Shown here: piece after piece, positions 39,601 through 53,031 of the stretch | Numbering within the stretch: position 1 is the first letter of the stretch | Layout: the number at the start of each line of letters is the position of its first letter | Assembly: GCA_002269645.1 (NCBI GenBank) | Contig: NIVC01000157.1 | Coordinates: forward strand, 557,159 to 621,158 | Length of the DNA stretch: 64,000 nucleotides | From: Macrostomum lignano | Lineage: Eukaryota | Reading direction: 5' to 3' | Made by a program: the position numbers and the translations under genes | Notes under the pieces: model-generated | What the model saw: only the letters and a program-made list of their open reading frames with translations | The model's database searches: none | What the model was told of the DNA's origin: nothing

Positions 39601-42600
39601 CTACTTTCCGAAGTGTACTGGCCGACACTTCCGATGAGGCAGTCGGCGACGCTGAACAATGGTTGGCGGCGCTGCTGGCTGTGTCATATCCGTGTGCTCG
39701 GCTGGCTGCTGAAGTGGCGAGTCTGTAGCTTTCCAACCGGTGTGAGGCGAAACGATACTGACTGGTGCCCGCCTGGGTCGACCTCGAAGGCGTAGCGCCG
39801 GCTGTGGAATGGGATCAGCAGTGTTCAACAGCGCAGGCTTTAACCTGTCCACGCTGACTCGATCTTTCCGGGTGCCTAGATCTAACCGAAAAGCCTCGGC
39901 TTCCCGCTCAATGACCTTGAATGGCCGATCATACGATCTTTGCAACGCCGCGCGGTGCGTCTCGACGGACCAATACGAACGTGCAGGTATCGAGGGCCGC
40001 GGGCCAAGCATATGGACGGCTGCCGTGGTGCGACGTTGGCACCGGCCGAAAAGCCTGTACTGCTCTGCGCACTTGCAGCAGGAACTGGTCGTAGCCCAGA
40101 GTGTCGGGTGGGCTGGGCCGTAGACACTCTCCGGGTACCCTGATAGGTGCCCCGTACACCAACTCCGCTGATGATGCTGGCAGATCTTCCTTGGGAGCCG
40201 TGCGGATGCCGAGAAGCACCCAGGGTAGCTCGTTGACCCATGTCGGTCCGGATAAGCGCGCCATCAATGAAGCCTTTAATTGCCGATGAAAGCTCTCGAC
40301 CAGCCCATTCGACTGCGGGTGAAAAGCCGTTGTCCGGTGCAGCTGCATTCCGAGTAGCCGGGAGCAGTTCGTCCACAGATGTGAAGTAAACTGCGAGCCC
40401 CTGTCCGATGTAATGTCACTTTACACGCCAAAGCGGGCGACCCAATGGGAAATAAAAGCTGATGCACAGGCTGCTGCTGAAGTATCCGTCATGGGAATTG
40501 CCTCTGGCCACCGAGTGAAACGATCCACGATGGTAAACAAGTGAGTGAAACCCTGTGACTGCGGCAGCGGTCCTACCAGATCCACGTGGACATGGGCAAA
40601 ACGCTGTCCGGGGACCCGGATGCCTTCGATGGGTGCGGCGACGTGTCGATGGACTTTAGCTTTCTGGCAAGCGACACAGATCCGGGCCCACTGGGTGACG
40701 TCCCGGTTCATTTTTTCCCACAAAAATTTTTCGGCCACCAACTGGCGCGTGCTGCGAACCGATGGGTGCGCGAGGCCGTGAATTGCGTCAAAAACAGCGC
40801 GACGAAACTCCGGAGGCACGAGTGGGCGTGGCCGACCGTTAGAAGTGTCGCACAACAACACCAGTCCTGGGCCGATCTCCACTCGCGCCAGCTGAAGGCT
40901 ACTGCTTGTGTGAGCCACTGGGATCGCCTGTTGCGCCCTCGCCATCTCCTCGAATTTCACGCCGGGGAGCCACTGCGACTGAACTGCTGCCACCGTACAC
41001 CGAGAAAGCGCGTCCGCTGCCGGGTTTTCTTTGCCCACGATGTGCTGGATATCCGTTGTGAACTCGGATATGTAAGCCAAGTGTCGCTGCTGCCTGGCTG
41101 ACCACGGATCCGAGATTTTTGACATAGCTGCGACCAGCGGCCTGTGGTCTGTGAAAGCAGTGAAAACCCGACCTTCTAGAAAGTAGCGAAAGTGTCGGAC
41201 AGCCAGGTACAAGGCTAGCAACTCGCGGTCGAAAGCACTGTATTTCTGCTCCGGAGCACGGAGTTGGCGACTGAAGAAAGCCAGCGGTTGCCAGCCATTG
41301 CCAACTCGCTGTTCCAAAGCGGCACCAATAGCGATGTCAGAAGCGTCCACGGTCAGGCCGATGGGCGCCTTTGGCAGTGGGTGCGCCAGCATTGCCGCAC
41401 CTGCCAGGGCCTGCTTAGCATTGTTAAATGCGGCCGTCAGCTCGGATGTCCAACGGACCAGTTTGCCTTTTCCAGCAGTAGCCACATGAATGGGGTGCAG
41501 TAGCTGGGCGGCTTGCGGCACAAAGCGGTGGTAGAAGTTTACCATGCCGGCGAACTCCTGCAGGCCCTTGACGGTGGTGGGCGGTGCAAAACGAACGACA
41601 GCGTCAACTTTTGAGGGCAGTGGCACGGCTCCCTAAGTGCTGATTCGATGGCCGAGGAAATCAATCTCGCTGCGGCCGAACTGGCACTTTGCGGGGTTGA
41701 CTAGAAAACCATTGCTAGCCATGCGTTGGAACAGCGTTCGTAAGTGCTCCAAGTGCTGATCCGGGTTGTGACTGGCCACTAGGAAATCGTCAATGTAAGC
41801 AAATACGAAATCCAAGTCTTGGCAAACAGATTCTACTAGGCGCTGGAAAGCCTGGGCCGCGTTTTTTAACCCGAAAGGCATCCGCAGAAATTCAAAAAGT
41901 CCGAACGGGGTGATTACGGCTGTCTTTGGAACATCTGTAGGCGTTACTGGCACCTGATGATATCCACGGACGAGGTCTATTTTTGAAAAAACTGAGCATC
42001 CGGCCAGTCGCGCTGAGAAATCCTGAATGTGCGGCACTAGATAGCGATCTGGCACAGTGATATCATTTAGGCCCCTGAAATCGCCACAAGGTCGCCAGCC
42101 ACCCGAAGACTTAGGCACCATGTGCAGGGGCGATGACCAAGGGCTGTTTGACGTGCGCACGATGCCGAGCTGCTCCAGGAGTCGGAATTCTTCTTTGGCC
42201 ACCGCGAACTTGTCCAGTGGTAGGCGGCGGGGGCGGGCATGGACCGGCGGGCATGGACCAGCGGGCCGTTGGTCGGGATGTGGTGTTCGACCCCGTGGCG
42301 CGGCTGGGCTCGGCGGAAACTCGGCTCGGTGAGGGCAGAAAAATCTGCTAGCAGCTGGCTATATGGGTCCGCAACAGCGGCTGCGGAGAGCTGCAAGCCA
42401 GGGCCGGCTCCGTTAAAAGGTGGACGCTCGCCAGGGATTGGGCGTCCAGCAGGCGCCGCTGCGGCAGGTCCACCAGCAACCCGTGGTGCCGGAGGAAATC
42501 TGCGCCGATTAGTGGTCGGGAAACCGCTGCTAGAACGAAAGGCCACGAGCAACGCTGGATGCTAAGATCCAGAGTGAGCTGGCGTGTGCCGAAAGTCTGG

Positions 42601-42627
42601 ATTTTACTGCCGTTGGCTGCATAGAGC
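39601..42627 (-). pseudogene. pol: Gypsy pol of element A (PR C-terminus, RT, RH, IN), disrupted
   Basis: AANGSKIQTFG..LIGADFL; [22 protein letters not shown]; LTVDASD..YSAFDRELLA; GHPSV..C..C; HVDLVGPLP. Confidence 0.9.
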
Positions 42628-45600
42628 TGTAATTGCCTCGCAATATTATTATCAATTTGTTCTAAATAGGCGAGTGAGTTATATTATAAATGTACATCTT
42701 GTGTCGCATGAGTCATGTACGCCGTACGCGTAAAACCTCAAATATATATATCGCTAACCTGGCCAGTTAGGGCCCCGTGTTTGATTTTCTCGCTCAGCTT
42801 AACACGCGGCCTTCAGACTTTACAGTGGCGTCGCTAGCAAGCCCACTTTGTCCAGTCACTCATGGCTCAATTCATCTCACTGCCACCCCCTGATCAATTC
42901 AGCACTAGCGCAGATCAACAGAATGCCGGTAAACGCTGGAACAAATGGTCCGATCATTTTTGTGACTTTATCGAAGCGTCAGGCATCAAAGACGAAACTC
43001 AGAAGTGCAAGCTCCTGGCCTACACGGCCGGCAGAGAAATCGCGCAAATCATTAAAGACCTGCCAGATGACAAGAAAGACAGCCTCGAAACTCTGCTCGC
43101 AGCAATAAAAGAGCACTTCAAGGAGCGCAACAACATCGCATTTGCCCGCTATCAGTTTCGTCTATGCGTTCAGCAAACCGGAGAGCCAGTGGACTCCTGG
43201 TACTCTCGACTCAACTCAGCGGCCGAGACATGCGAGTTCTCAGCACTCAAGGACTCCCTAATCAGAGATCAGATAGTGGCGACATGCTGCTCCGATAAAC
43301 TTCGGCGAAGATTGCTGCAGGAGTCCAACATCTCTCTCGGCGATGCGTTGAGACAAGCACGCGCGTTTGAAGCAGCAGAAGAGCAGGCCACGGCCATTGA
43401 GAACTCCAGTAGCATCGCAGCAGTGCACAGAGCGGCACCGAAGCAGTTCAGAGACAGCGGAACGCGCCCGAACAGTCAGCGAATCCCTGGTGGCCAAGCA
43501 AACAGCGGCCCAACCAGCTGCTATCGATGCGGCGAACGCGGGCACAGCTCATGCAACGCGGCAAAAGGCAAAACCTGCCTGGCATGCGGCAAGCCAAACC
43601 ATCTCGCCAAAGCATGCAGACAACGCAGGCCTCAAACAAGCTCCAGCATCAACGCTGTAGCGGACAAAGAAGCTGAGGGGGTCTTCATCGATCACGATTC
43701 GCTAAATGAGGAGGCTTTCACTATCCAGTCGCAAAAAACGGCACCCAGACGCAACTCCGCCAACACTAATCTGAGGATCGAGGGCAAGGACTTCATCGTA
43801 CTCGTGGATAGTGGACCCAGCTGCAACGTCATGAGCGAGGAGAACTTCCGGCGGCTAAGAAATGTTCGACTGCGCAGAGCCATCCATCCAATTTTCAGCT
43901 ACGGGTCCACAACGCCTCTCCAAGTCCTGGGTGTCGCTGACCTCAACGTGAGCACCGCAGCTAGCAGACAACTAGCTTCATTCTACATCACCAAAGGCTG
44001 TGGAACCACACTACTCGGTCGAGAAACCGCTTTCAACATGGGAATTCTGCACATCCAACATCCAACAGTTGAAGTCAACTCGGTGCAGCCCACGGAAAAT
44101 CTAGCCGCATCAGGTATTCAAGAGCTGTTCTCCAAGTACAGAGATGTCGACCAAGATCTTCCAACCGAACTCCACATCAGCAGCATCCTTGGTGAGTTTC
44201 AGTCAATCTTCGAAGGCCTTGACTGCGTTAAGGGCGTCGAGGTCGACGTTCGTCTTCGACCAGAAGCTGTCCCAGTCTGTCACCCACCCTCCAGAGTTCC
44301 CGTCCACCAGCGGTCGGCGGTCATCGCGGAACTTCAGGCTCTCCTCGACCAAGGAATCATCGAGCGCGTCAACGGCCCGTCACCGTGGGTCTCCCGCATG
44401 GTTGTCGTCCCGAAAGAAGGCAGTGGCATCCGCATCTGCCAAGACCTGCGCGACGTCAACTCATTTGCCGTGCCAGAAAAGCAGCCCATCCCAACCTTTG
44501 AAGAGATCACGGACGAAATGGCGGGTTCCACGGTATTCAGCGAGCTCGACATCGTAAAGGCTTTCCACCAGATCCTCGTCAAACCGGAATCCCGTCACAT
44601 CTTCACCTTCAGCACCCCACTGGGTCTCATGCGACTGACCAGACTCAGCATGGGATTCACCAACGCATCCGAGATATTGCAACGGGTTATGACAGGCGTC
44701 CTGAGCGGCCTTGACGGTGTCCGATGGGCACACGATGACATCACCGTCTTTGCGAGCACGATGGAAGAGCACAACATCCGACTAAAACAGTGCTTCAAGC
44801 GCCTACAAGACCATGGAATCACACTCAACCCGAACAAGTGTCGCCTGGCACAGCCTTTCATCGATTTTCTTGGTATGCGCATCAGCGCACGAGGCGTTCA
44901 GCCTGCAGCCGAGAAGATCAAGGCTGTCAAAGACTTTAAGGAGCCAACAAATGTGTCAGAGCTGCGCTCATTCCTCGGTTTGGCCACCTACCTGTCCAGG
45001 TTCGTTCCGAACTTCTCAGATCTGACGTAGCCAATGCGAGAACTGCTAAAAAAAAGTCATAAATGGTACTGGTCAGAAAGGCAACAAGAAGCATTCCTGC
45101 AAACAAGAGCAGCGATCTGCAAGGAGAGCGTCCTGGCCTTCTTTGACGTGAATATCCCAACAGAAGTTCATGTGGACGCCTCACCAGTCGGCCTGGGTGC
45201 CATTCTCAGCCAGGTGGATGAGAAAGGCGTTCGCAAACCGGTCGCCTTCGCCAGCAGGTCGCTCACGCCAGTTGAGCAGCGATACGCCCAAATTGAACGC
45301 GAGGCGCTTGCGGTGAAATTCGGGTGCCTACGTTTCGAGCACTACCTCAGCGGCTGCCCAGATCTCACAGTCATCACGGATCACCGCCCATTAGTCCCGC
45401 TTTTTCAACCTGGTTCCTGGCCTCCACCAAGGATTGAACGGATGGCTTTAAGAGTGCAGCACCTCAAATTCAAGCTCATCTATCAGCCGGGGCCACAGAA
45501 TCCAGCGGATGTCCTCAGTAGACAACCTGAAATGCAGACAAAGGACAACCGCGGGGAACTCCTGGACAGATGCTTCATCAACGCAGTCGCCATCGGCTCT

Positions 45601-47191
45601 ACTCCGAAAGGACTGAACTTTGCAACAATTCAGGAGGCTTTAAAGTCAGACGGCACGATCCAAGCAGCTCCATCAGCTCTACGAACTGGTCAATGGGACA
45701 AGCAGAACAGAGAACTGCGAGCCTTGTCCTGCCTGCAGCAGGAGCTTTCAGAACATGACGGCGTGCTACTACGGAGCTCGTTGATCGTCATCCCGAGCAG
45801 CTTACGTCGGACGGTGCTCCAGCTGGCACATGCAGGCCACCAATGCTGCCGAAAAACTATGGACAGACTGCAAACCAAAGTCTGGTGGCCAGCGATGAGA
45901 TGCGACTGCCAGACGTTCGTCCAGTCTTGCTTCCCTTGCCAAGCGACATCGCCGAAGAACCTCGCACCGCCACCACTCTCACCGTCGCAACTTCCGGACG
46001 GAGCATGGCTAGTTCTTGGAATGGACTTTTACGGCCCAGTCCAAGGGAAAATGCTCCTGGTGACAACCGATCTCTTTTCAAAATTTCCCGAGGTCGACAT
46101 AGTCAGCTCAACATCAGCAGAGGCAGTGCTTCCGCATCTCCGGACTCTGTTTAGCAGATACGGCATCCCGTTGGAAATCGTCAGCGACAATGGACCTCCG
46201 TTTAACTCAGCAGAATTCACAAACTTCCTCTCAGAGTTCGGCATCAAGCATCGCCGGATCTGTCCGCTGCACCCAGAGGCGAACGGAGCGACCGAGCGAG
46301 TCAACAGGTGCATCAACAAGGTCATCAGAGCGGCCATCGCAGAAGGACGCAACTGGCGCACCGCACTCGACGACTGGCTGCTCGCTCATCGCGTCACTCC
46401 GCACTCGGCAACTGGCGTGGCACCAGCCGAACTGCTCATGGGCCGAGCCCTCAACGACGGCCTCCCGTCAATCCAACCATCGCAGCCTGTGCAGCACGAC
46501 CGAGCCGAACTCGCAAAGCGTCACGAGGCCTACAACAACCAGATGGCAGCAGGTTTCAACCGCTCCAGGAGGGCCAAGACAGCCAATGTCAAGCCGGGTT
46601 CGGCGGTTCTCCGCAAGCGGACGAGACGCACGAAAACTCAAACACCTTTCGAGCTCGAACCCTGGACCGTCACCGACAGGCGAGGCGATTCCTACGTCCT
46701 GCGACAAGGCGACCGGACATTCACTCGCCACCTGACGCACATCCGGCCTCTGACAGCGACCGAGGACCCACCACCAGAAGCGGACGCTGGCGCCGCCTCG
46801 CCGGAGCGCGGCATTGCTGAGAGGCCGCACCCGAGAGCGGCCAAGGACAAGCCTATCAGCTACAGAGTTTGACGGGTTTTGACGGGTAACTGGTGCTAAG
46901 GGCTGAGACAAGTGTTTTTTACCCTTAATGTTTTATTCCTTTTTCCTTATCCTTTTAATCCGCATTTTTGAGCTTTTTCGTTTTTGGGGAGAAGTGTAAT
47001 TGCCTCGCAATATTATTATCAATTTGTTCTAAATAGGCGAGTGAGTTATATTATAAATGTACATCTTGTGTCGCATGAGTCATGTACGCCGTACGCGTAA
47101 AACCTCAAATATATATATCGCTAACCTGGCCAGTTAGGGCCCCGTGTTTGATTTTCTCGCTCAGCTTAACACGCGGCCTTCAGACTTTACA
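42628..47191 (+). mobile_element. Ty3/Gypsy LTR retrotransposon B, very young, inserted in the protease of element A
   Basis: 197-bp LTRs 42628-42824 and 46995-47191 read identical; TSD AGAGC; PBS TGGCGTCGCTAG; PPT GGGGAGAAG. Confidence 0.96.
42862..46872 (+). CDS. pol: Gag-Pol polyprotein of element B, with a single in-frame TAG at 45028-45030
   Basis: ORFs 42862-45030 and 45034-46872 are in the same frame; two CCHC knuckles, LVDSG protease, RT AHDD, RH VDASPVG..EREAL, IN HAGHQ..C..C and DNGPPF..ERVN. Confidence 0.9.
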
Positions 47192-47338
47192 AGAGCGGTG
47201 GTCCTTGGCGCTTCAGTCGGGCGTCTGTTCCGGCGACCGGGAAAATACTGACCTCGGCGCCTGTGTCCACTAGGAAGCGCCGGCCTGACTGTACATCCGG
47301 GATGAGGAGCAGACTGCTGTCGCCGGCCGCCGAGCTGT

Positions 47339-48148
47339 TCACTGACGGCTGGCCTGCTCGTTTCCCTGAAACTTGCATGGTGCTTCGCAGCGTCTAGCCT
47401 TCGCGCCGAACTTCTTGTGATGGTAACAAAGGCCTTTGGCTTCCCCGGCGCGACCTTGGGGTGGCTGAGTCCTGCTAAAGCGGTTGGTACCGCTCTGACG
47501 TGCGACTGCGATCACAGGAAGGTCGGGCTGCTGAACTTCTGCAACCACTGGCTGCGGTCGGCTGGCCCAGAGCTTGTCGGCGAGGAGCGCCACTGCTCGC
47601 GGGTCTTTAAAATCAGCGGAGACTAACGCCATGTGGATGTCGACTGAAAGCTGCTGGCGGAAAAGCTCTTCAAAAAGCAGGCACGGCGAATGGTCGCCCA
47701 GCAGAGCCAACATTTCGTCCAATAGTTCGGACGGCCGCCTATCGCCGAGGCCAGCTATGTTGAGCAACCGGTTGGCCCGCTGTTGTCGCGACAAACTAAA
47801 AGTGCCAAGAAGGCGAGCTTTCAGCTGCATGTACTTGCCCGTGTTAGGAGGGCTCTCAAGCACGTCTAGGAGTCGCTCGGAAGACTGTTGGTCAAGTCCT
47901 GCGACCAGGTAGTGGTATTTGGTCTCGTCCTGTGTAATGCCTCGCAATGTGAACTGCGCTTCTGCTCGGATGAACCAAGCTCGGGGCTGGGAGGTCCAGA
48001 ACTGCGGCAGCTTGAGTGCCACGGTATTGATAGGAGCTGTGGTTCCGCTGACTGCAAAGGTGACTTCTGGTTCTGAAGGTTCTGAAGTATTGACGGCAGC
48101 TCCGTCATTTGTGCTACCGTTAGCTTCTTCGTGTTCGGGCATACTCAA
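47339..48148 (-). CDS. gag: Gypsy gag of element A
   Basis: LKLPQFWTSQPRAWFIRAEAQF...TKYHYLV...LCYHHKKFGAKARRCEAPC. Confidence 0.9.
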   Translation of the reverse strand: MSMPEHEEANGSTNDGAAVNTSEPSEPEVTFAVSGTTAPINTVALKLPQFWTSQPRAWFIRAEAQFTLRGITQDETKYHYLVAGLDQQSSERLLDVLESPPNTGKYMQLKARLLGTFSLSRQQRANRLLNIAGLGDRRPSELLDEMLALLGDHSPCLLFEELFRQQLSVDIHMALVSADFKDPRAVALLADKLWASRPQPVVAEVQQPDLPVIAVARQSGTNRFSRTQPPQGRAGEAKGLCYHHKKFGAKARRCEAPCKFQGNEQASRQ

Positions 48149-51100
48149 AAGCTATTTGAGTAGTCGGCCTCACCAGTTTGGCGGCTTGCTGAGCAAGGCG
48201 AAAATTAAAGGAACACGGTTGGTTTTATATTTGATGATGCCCGTGGGCTAAATAGAGTAGCGCGGTGCGTAAAAGCAAGTGGTGTCATAGACTACGAGTA
48301 AAAGTCATTAGGCTAGCCGCCACAATTGCCTATTTTACTTTTTACTTTCGTTTTAAAATGTACGCACTGATGGTCGTTCAATATTCGTAGCTCAGATTTG
48401 GTTTGGCCTTTACAAAGCTGAGGACGCTTTATTGCAAGAACCAATAAGGAACAGGCTGTTCCATAGGTATTTATTCTTCGATTTTGGCACGCATGACAAA
48501 CAGAATTTAATTTTCATGTTGGTTCTGCATTTTTGATAGCAAAAATATAATTTTGCTATTGGCTCTGAGACTATTTAGATAGCCATGCGCCGTTGTGTAG
48601 TAGGCTATGGTAATGAGCAGGCTGGGAATTTGCTAATTTTTTACGATCGTTCGTGTAGTAAATGAGAACAGAATCGTATCCAATCCCTATTGGTTTTAAT
48701 AAATAATAAATTGTTTATTTCTCCTTACAATCTGTTATTCAATATTACTCAGTGTGGATCCTTGAGCAATTAAGCTGGGGCTTATTAAAAATATATATAG
48801 ACAACTAATTTTCGTATATAGGTTGATTAAAATTTTTGTTTAAATTGTTGTGCCCGGGTGCACTTGCACCGATGAGCAATCTCTGGCTCTCGGTCAAGTG
48901 TGCCCGGCACTGCACTCCCACCCCTCCTGGCCGCGTGCCTGCGCCAACCCCCCCTTTTCTGTTTGCGTCAGCCCCCCCCCCATTTCTGACTGCGCTAACC
49001 CCCCCCCCAGTTGTGTATCAGCCCTTATTCTCTGCCCCCTTCTCTTATTATGCGTACCCAGCCGGATTGGCTGGCCTGGCCCCTCTCTCCCCCCTTTTTG
49101 TTAGCACTTGTCAATTCCCTTGTCCCTTGTCAATTGGTGATTGGCCAACAAGTTGGTTGTTGATAATGCTGTCTGGCGTGGGACCCTAGGGCTTACGCCA
49201 GGCAGCCTAAATAAATAGAGAGTTGCTGGCGGTGGGCAGTGTGAGCATGTGCCCGTTGACACCTGACACTATACTCTACAGAATCAACAAAATTCAATAT
49301 CGAAATCTCAATACTACTAATTGACGAACTCGCTGCCTTGCTCACCGCCGTGCCGATTGGAAGTCAAAGTAAGACTCGCGTCTGTGTTCATTAATCATTT
49401 GGGTCTCGAGCAAAGTGGGTACCGTACGCTCTAGGGACGGACTGACTGTCTTACCTCGACGCGATCCCACGCTCAGTAGCGGAGTCAGTCCGGTCAGTGG
49501 GCTGACGCCATCTCCAGGTTCGTTCGCCAAGCGAGGCGCTGCAGTCGAAGGACATCCGGGCATAAAGCAGAACTCCAACATTTCGCGAATGTACGCTTGT
49601 ATACCGTGTCGCCGCGGGCCGGAGAGCTGTTTTTCATGCGGCTGCTCCTGCTGCATGTGAAGGGGCCAACGAGCTACGAGGCGCTGCGCACCGTGGACGG
49701 CGTGCTGCACCCCAATTTCCGAGCTGCGTGCATGGCGCGTGACCTGCTGCAGCGGGATGACCACTGGCGCCGGTGTTTGGCCGAAGCCGTGCAGTCTCGG
49801 ATGCCCCGAGCTGTCAGGCACCTGCTGGCGGTCATTCTCATCTGGGGCGAGCCGCAAAATGGCAACGACCTGTGGCGCATATTCGCTGACGATCTGTGTG
49901 AGGACCTGGGCTACCGCCACCCGGAGCTTAGTGCTGAAGAGGTGACCGACATGGCGCTGCGCGAACTGCAGAGCATGGTAATCTCCATGGGCGGCCGCAG
50001 CCTGCCGGAGTATGGGCTGCCTGCCGCGTCAGCGGTACCTCAGTTCGGCTCGCAGCAGTTTGACCCGGCGCAGCAGGCTGAGATCGTCGACATGTGGATT
50101 TCGCAGCTGACGGAGGAGGATCGAGCTGTGTTCGAGTGCATCACGGCTGACCTGATCGCCGGATCCGGTGGCCTGCATTTCATGGATGCCCCGGCAGGTA
50201 CAGGGAAGACATATCTACTGGGGGTGCTGCTGGCCTTCGTGCGCAGCCTCAGCAATGCTGCCCTTGCAGTCGCTTCGTCTGGCATCGCAGCCACGCTGCT
50301 TCCTGGTGGACAGACGGCACACTCCACGTGAGTTCGAGTCTTTTTATACTATACTGCATGTTTCCAAGTTTGGCATGGTTTTATAAAATCAACCTTATAT
50401 ATATGCTTAAGATCCCGGTTCGCCTCGTGCGCCCAGACAAGGATTTCTGTCGTGTTGGCGCGCAGTCCAGGCAAGCTGACCTATTCAGGAACACGAGACT
50501 CATTTTGTGGGATGAGATCTCCATGGCTGACCGCAAGGACATGGAGGCCGTGGACCGGACTTTGCGGGACATCCGAAAGCAGGATTTTCCATTTGGCGGA
50601 GTCGTGCTAGTGTGCGGCGGAGACTTCCGGCAGTTGCTTTCGGTGGTGCAGAAAGGAACCAGGGCTAACAGCGTCCAGGCATGCGTCAGCAGGTCCAGCC
50701 TGTGGAGATCGTTCCGACGGCACCGCCTGACCCGAAACCTGCGGCTGCTGAGCGGCTCCGATACTGCGCTGTGTCAGCGCTACTCACAGCTGCTTATGCA
50801 GGTAGTTGCTTTGTGCTGTGTGTAAAAATGATTTTTCACATTGTTACTAAATGAAATAAAATTGGTTAAACTTGCTGTTTAATTCAAGACATACTATGAA
50901 GGCTCGATTCTTTCGATTTTCTGAATGCAGATCGGTTGCGGCTCTATCCAGGAAGACTCGGATGGGAACATTTCGCTTCTTCTTGAGATCCTGATGCCAT
51001 CCAATGCCTCGCTGGCGCGCGAAGGCGTATTCAGCATGCCAGTGAAGTACGAGACAGACTAGGCCTACGAGCTAAGGTCTGCGATGCTTCACGCCTGCCC

Positions 51101-51504
51101 CTATCTTCAGCAGGTCAAGGCTGGTGGGAGGTCTGCACCCTCTATTTGCCTCTGGCAGCCGCAGACTCCCCCACGCTGTCTCGCAAGTCGACTCAGGGGT
51201 ACTCGTCCCCGCGTGTGTTCAAGGCAGACGCTAGGGCTGCTGGACAGACTGGGCTCCGGCGCTGGCGACCCTATCCAGTGGCTTCGGCCGAATTTGGGTA
51301 TGCGGGTCTGGCCCGCCAGCCTGCAGGCCGTGGTGCTGCTTAACGTACCCTCTAATGCCTAACGTGTTTGACCGTGCCGATGGGCTGGAAGGCCGGGGAG
51401 TAGTCCGGTCGCTAGCGGTCCTTTTTTCAAACCGGCTGGCTTGAGGTGTCGGCCAGTCGGGTACTCAACTCGCATAACGAGTAGCCCTCCCCCGCTTTTC
51501 AGCT

Positions 51505-52995
51505 ATGGCCACTTTTGCCACCATTCCTAAAGAAACTGACCCGGTCGCCTCTGGCCCACCGGTATCAGCCGCTCCGGTAGCTACCACTAGTAGCACCAAC
51601 GCCACACCTGGTCCAACCGGGCCAGCTGACGCTGCCGCCAAGCACCCTGGCCGCCAGTCTAGCCGACCGCGCACGGCCGAGTCCCGACGGCAGCGAAATA
51701 TCCGCCGCAACCGTAAGCGGCAGGAGAAGCGGGCTGCTGTTGCGACCGCGGAGGGCGGGCAAGCCGCGTTGAGGCCTTCGGGAGCCACCGCAGCGGGGAG
51801 GCCCTCTGGGGAGTCCGGTGGCGCGGCTGGGCCGTCAGGAACCGCCGTGTCCTCGGATTCTCAGGGGGGCAACCCTGCCGGCCTACCGCCTTCCAAGGAC
51901 AAAGCGGCCCCGCTCAAGACCTCCGAGTCCTACGCCTCCAAGGTCAAGCAGCCGCTGCAACCCGCCGTGATGATCCTCGGCGGGGATTTTGACCTGACGC
52001 CCGAGCAGCTCGACGTCGCGTGGCGCACCATCGACGAAGGCTTGCTCAACCTAACCCTGGAGGGCGTCTTCGTGGACATCGTCAAGTCCACCAAGGCGAA
52101 CTGTTGCATCCTACTGTGGTGCAAATCCGAGGAGAGCACCCAGCTCCTGCGGGATCAGCTGCCCAAGTTCGACTGGCACAGCGACCTGGGCCAGCTGACC
52201 TTCGCCCTGGAGAGCGAGCGGCCGAAGACCATCCGCCATCGGATTTGGGTCCCGGCCGGCAGTGCGATCAAGTCCGGGGAGCAGCTGCGGCAGCTCCTGC
52301 TCAAGCGGCACCCGGATCTCAACGCCAGTGGTCTTGTGTACCACAGCACGGTCCGCAAGGGCACGACCGGGGCCACCGTCATCCTCGGCCTGACGGAGGG
52401 ATGGGCCAAGCGGCTACCGCACGGCACAAACCTCCACCTTGGTCTCCATCAACTGACCATCCTCCGCTGTGAAGAGGGCAAGGTGGAGACCAAGAACGAC
52501 CAGAAGCGCGCCGCTCCCGGAGCTGGGGCTCAGGCTCCGCCGGCCAAGCGGCAGCAGCAACCCGATCCCGAGCCTAACAAGGCTATTTGCGCTGCTGAAT
52601 CCGCCTCGCGCGGACGTAGACCCGCCCGCAGTAACCGGCGGTCCGGGCTAATCCAGCGCGCACTTGACGAAGCTCAGTCTCTGAGACTTCACCTCGAGCA
52701 GACTCGTGCTGCTCGCAAAAACACCGAAAGCCAGCCGAGGGAACTGGACGACGGCATGGCTCAGCCTTCCAACTGGTGGGATTACCACCAGGAGGACGCT
52801 GCCGGCCGAGCTCAGACTCCCGACGGCGGGGCGCAAGGCGAAGGCAGCAGCCGTACCCCAGTCGCTGGGGGGGAGGGCGGTGTAGCGCGGCTAGGTGACT
52901 CACCTGCCGTGGGCGCCGTGTCCGCCTCCGCGGCGGCTGGGGAGGCGGCTGGGCCTGAGCCAATGGAAACTGGCGACTCAACTCTCACCGGCTGA
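51505..52995 (+). CDS. LINE ORF1 protein
   Basis: Intact 496-aa ORF directly upstream of the APE-RT-RNH ORF2. Confidence 0.8.
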   Translation: MATFATIPKETDPVASGPPVSAAPVATTSSTNATPGPTGPADAAAKHPGRQSSRPRTAESRRQRNIRRNRKRQEKRAAVATAEGGQAALRPSGATAAGRPSGESGGAAGPSGTAVSSDSQGGNPAGLPPSKDKAAPLKTSESYASKVKQPLQPAVMILGGDFDLTPEQLDVAWRTIDEGLLNLTLEGVFVDIVKSTKANCCILLWCKSEESTQLLRDQLPKFDWHSDLGQLTFALESERPKTIRHRIWVPAGSAIKSGEQLRQLLLKRHPDLNASGLVYHSTVRKGTTGATVILGLTEGWAKRLPHGTNLHLGLHQLTILRCEEGKVETKNDQKRAAPGAGAQAPPAKRQQQPDPEPNKAICAAESASRGRRPARSNRRSGLIQRALDEAQSLRLHLEQTRAARKNTESQPRELDDGMAQPSNWWDYHQEDAAGRAQTPDGGAQGEGSSRTPVAGGEGGVARLGDSPAVGAVSASAAAGEAAGPEPMETGDSTLTG

Positions 52996-53031
52996 GAATG
53001 AGTTGCTTTTCTCCTCCCCTGGACAGTAGAC

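Larger units (their letters stand above)
39433..48324 (-). mobile_element. Ty3/Gypsy LTR retrotransposon A (degenerate) in a Helitron intron
   Basis: LTRs 39433-39576 and 48177-48324 (slightly diverged); TSD ATTG; PBS TGGTGAGGCCG; PPT GGGGGGGGGGAGG. gag 47339-48148; protease LVDTGAEVS split by element B; RT YIDD 41633-42202; RNase H/IN 40421-41626 and 39929-40348, with stops and frameshifts. Confidence 0.93.

Noticed and set aside
45028-45030. TAG as a programmed gag-pol readthrough
   Set aside because: It lies between RT and RNase H rather than at the gag/pol junction, so a premature stop or sequencing error is more likely.
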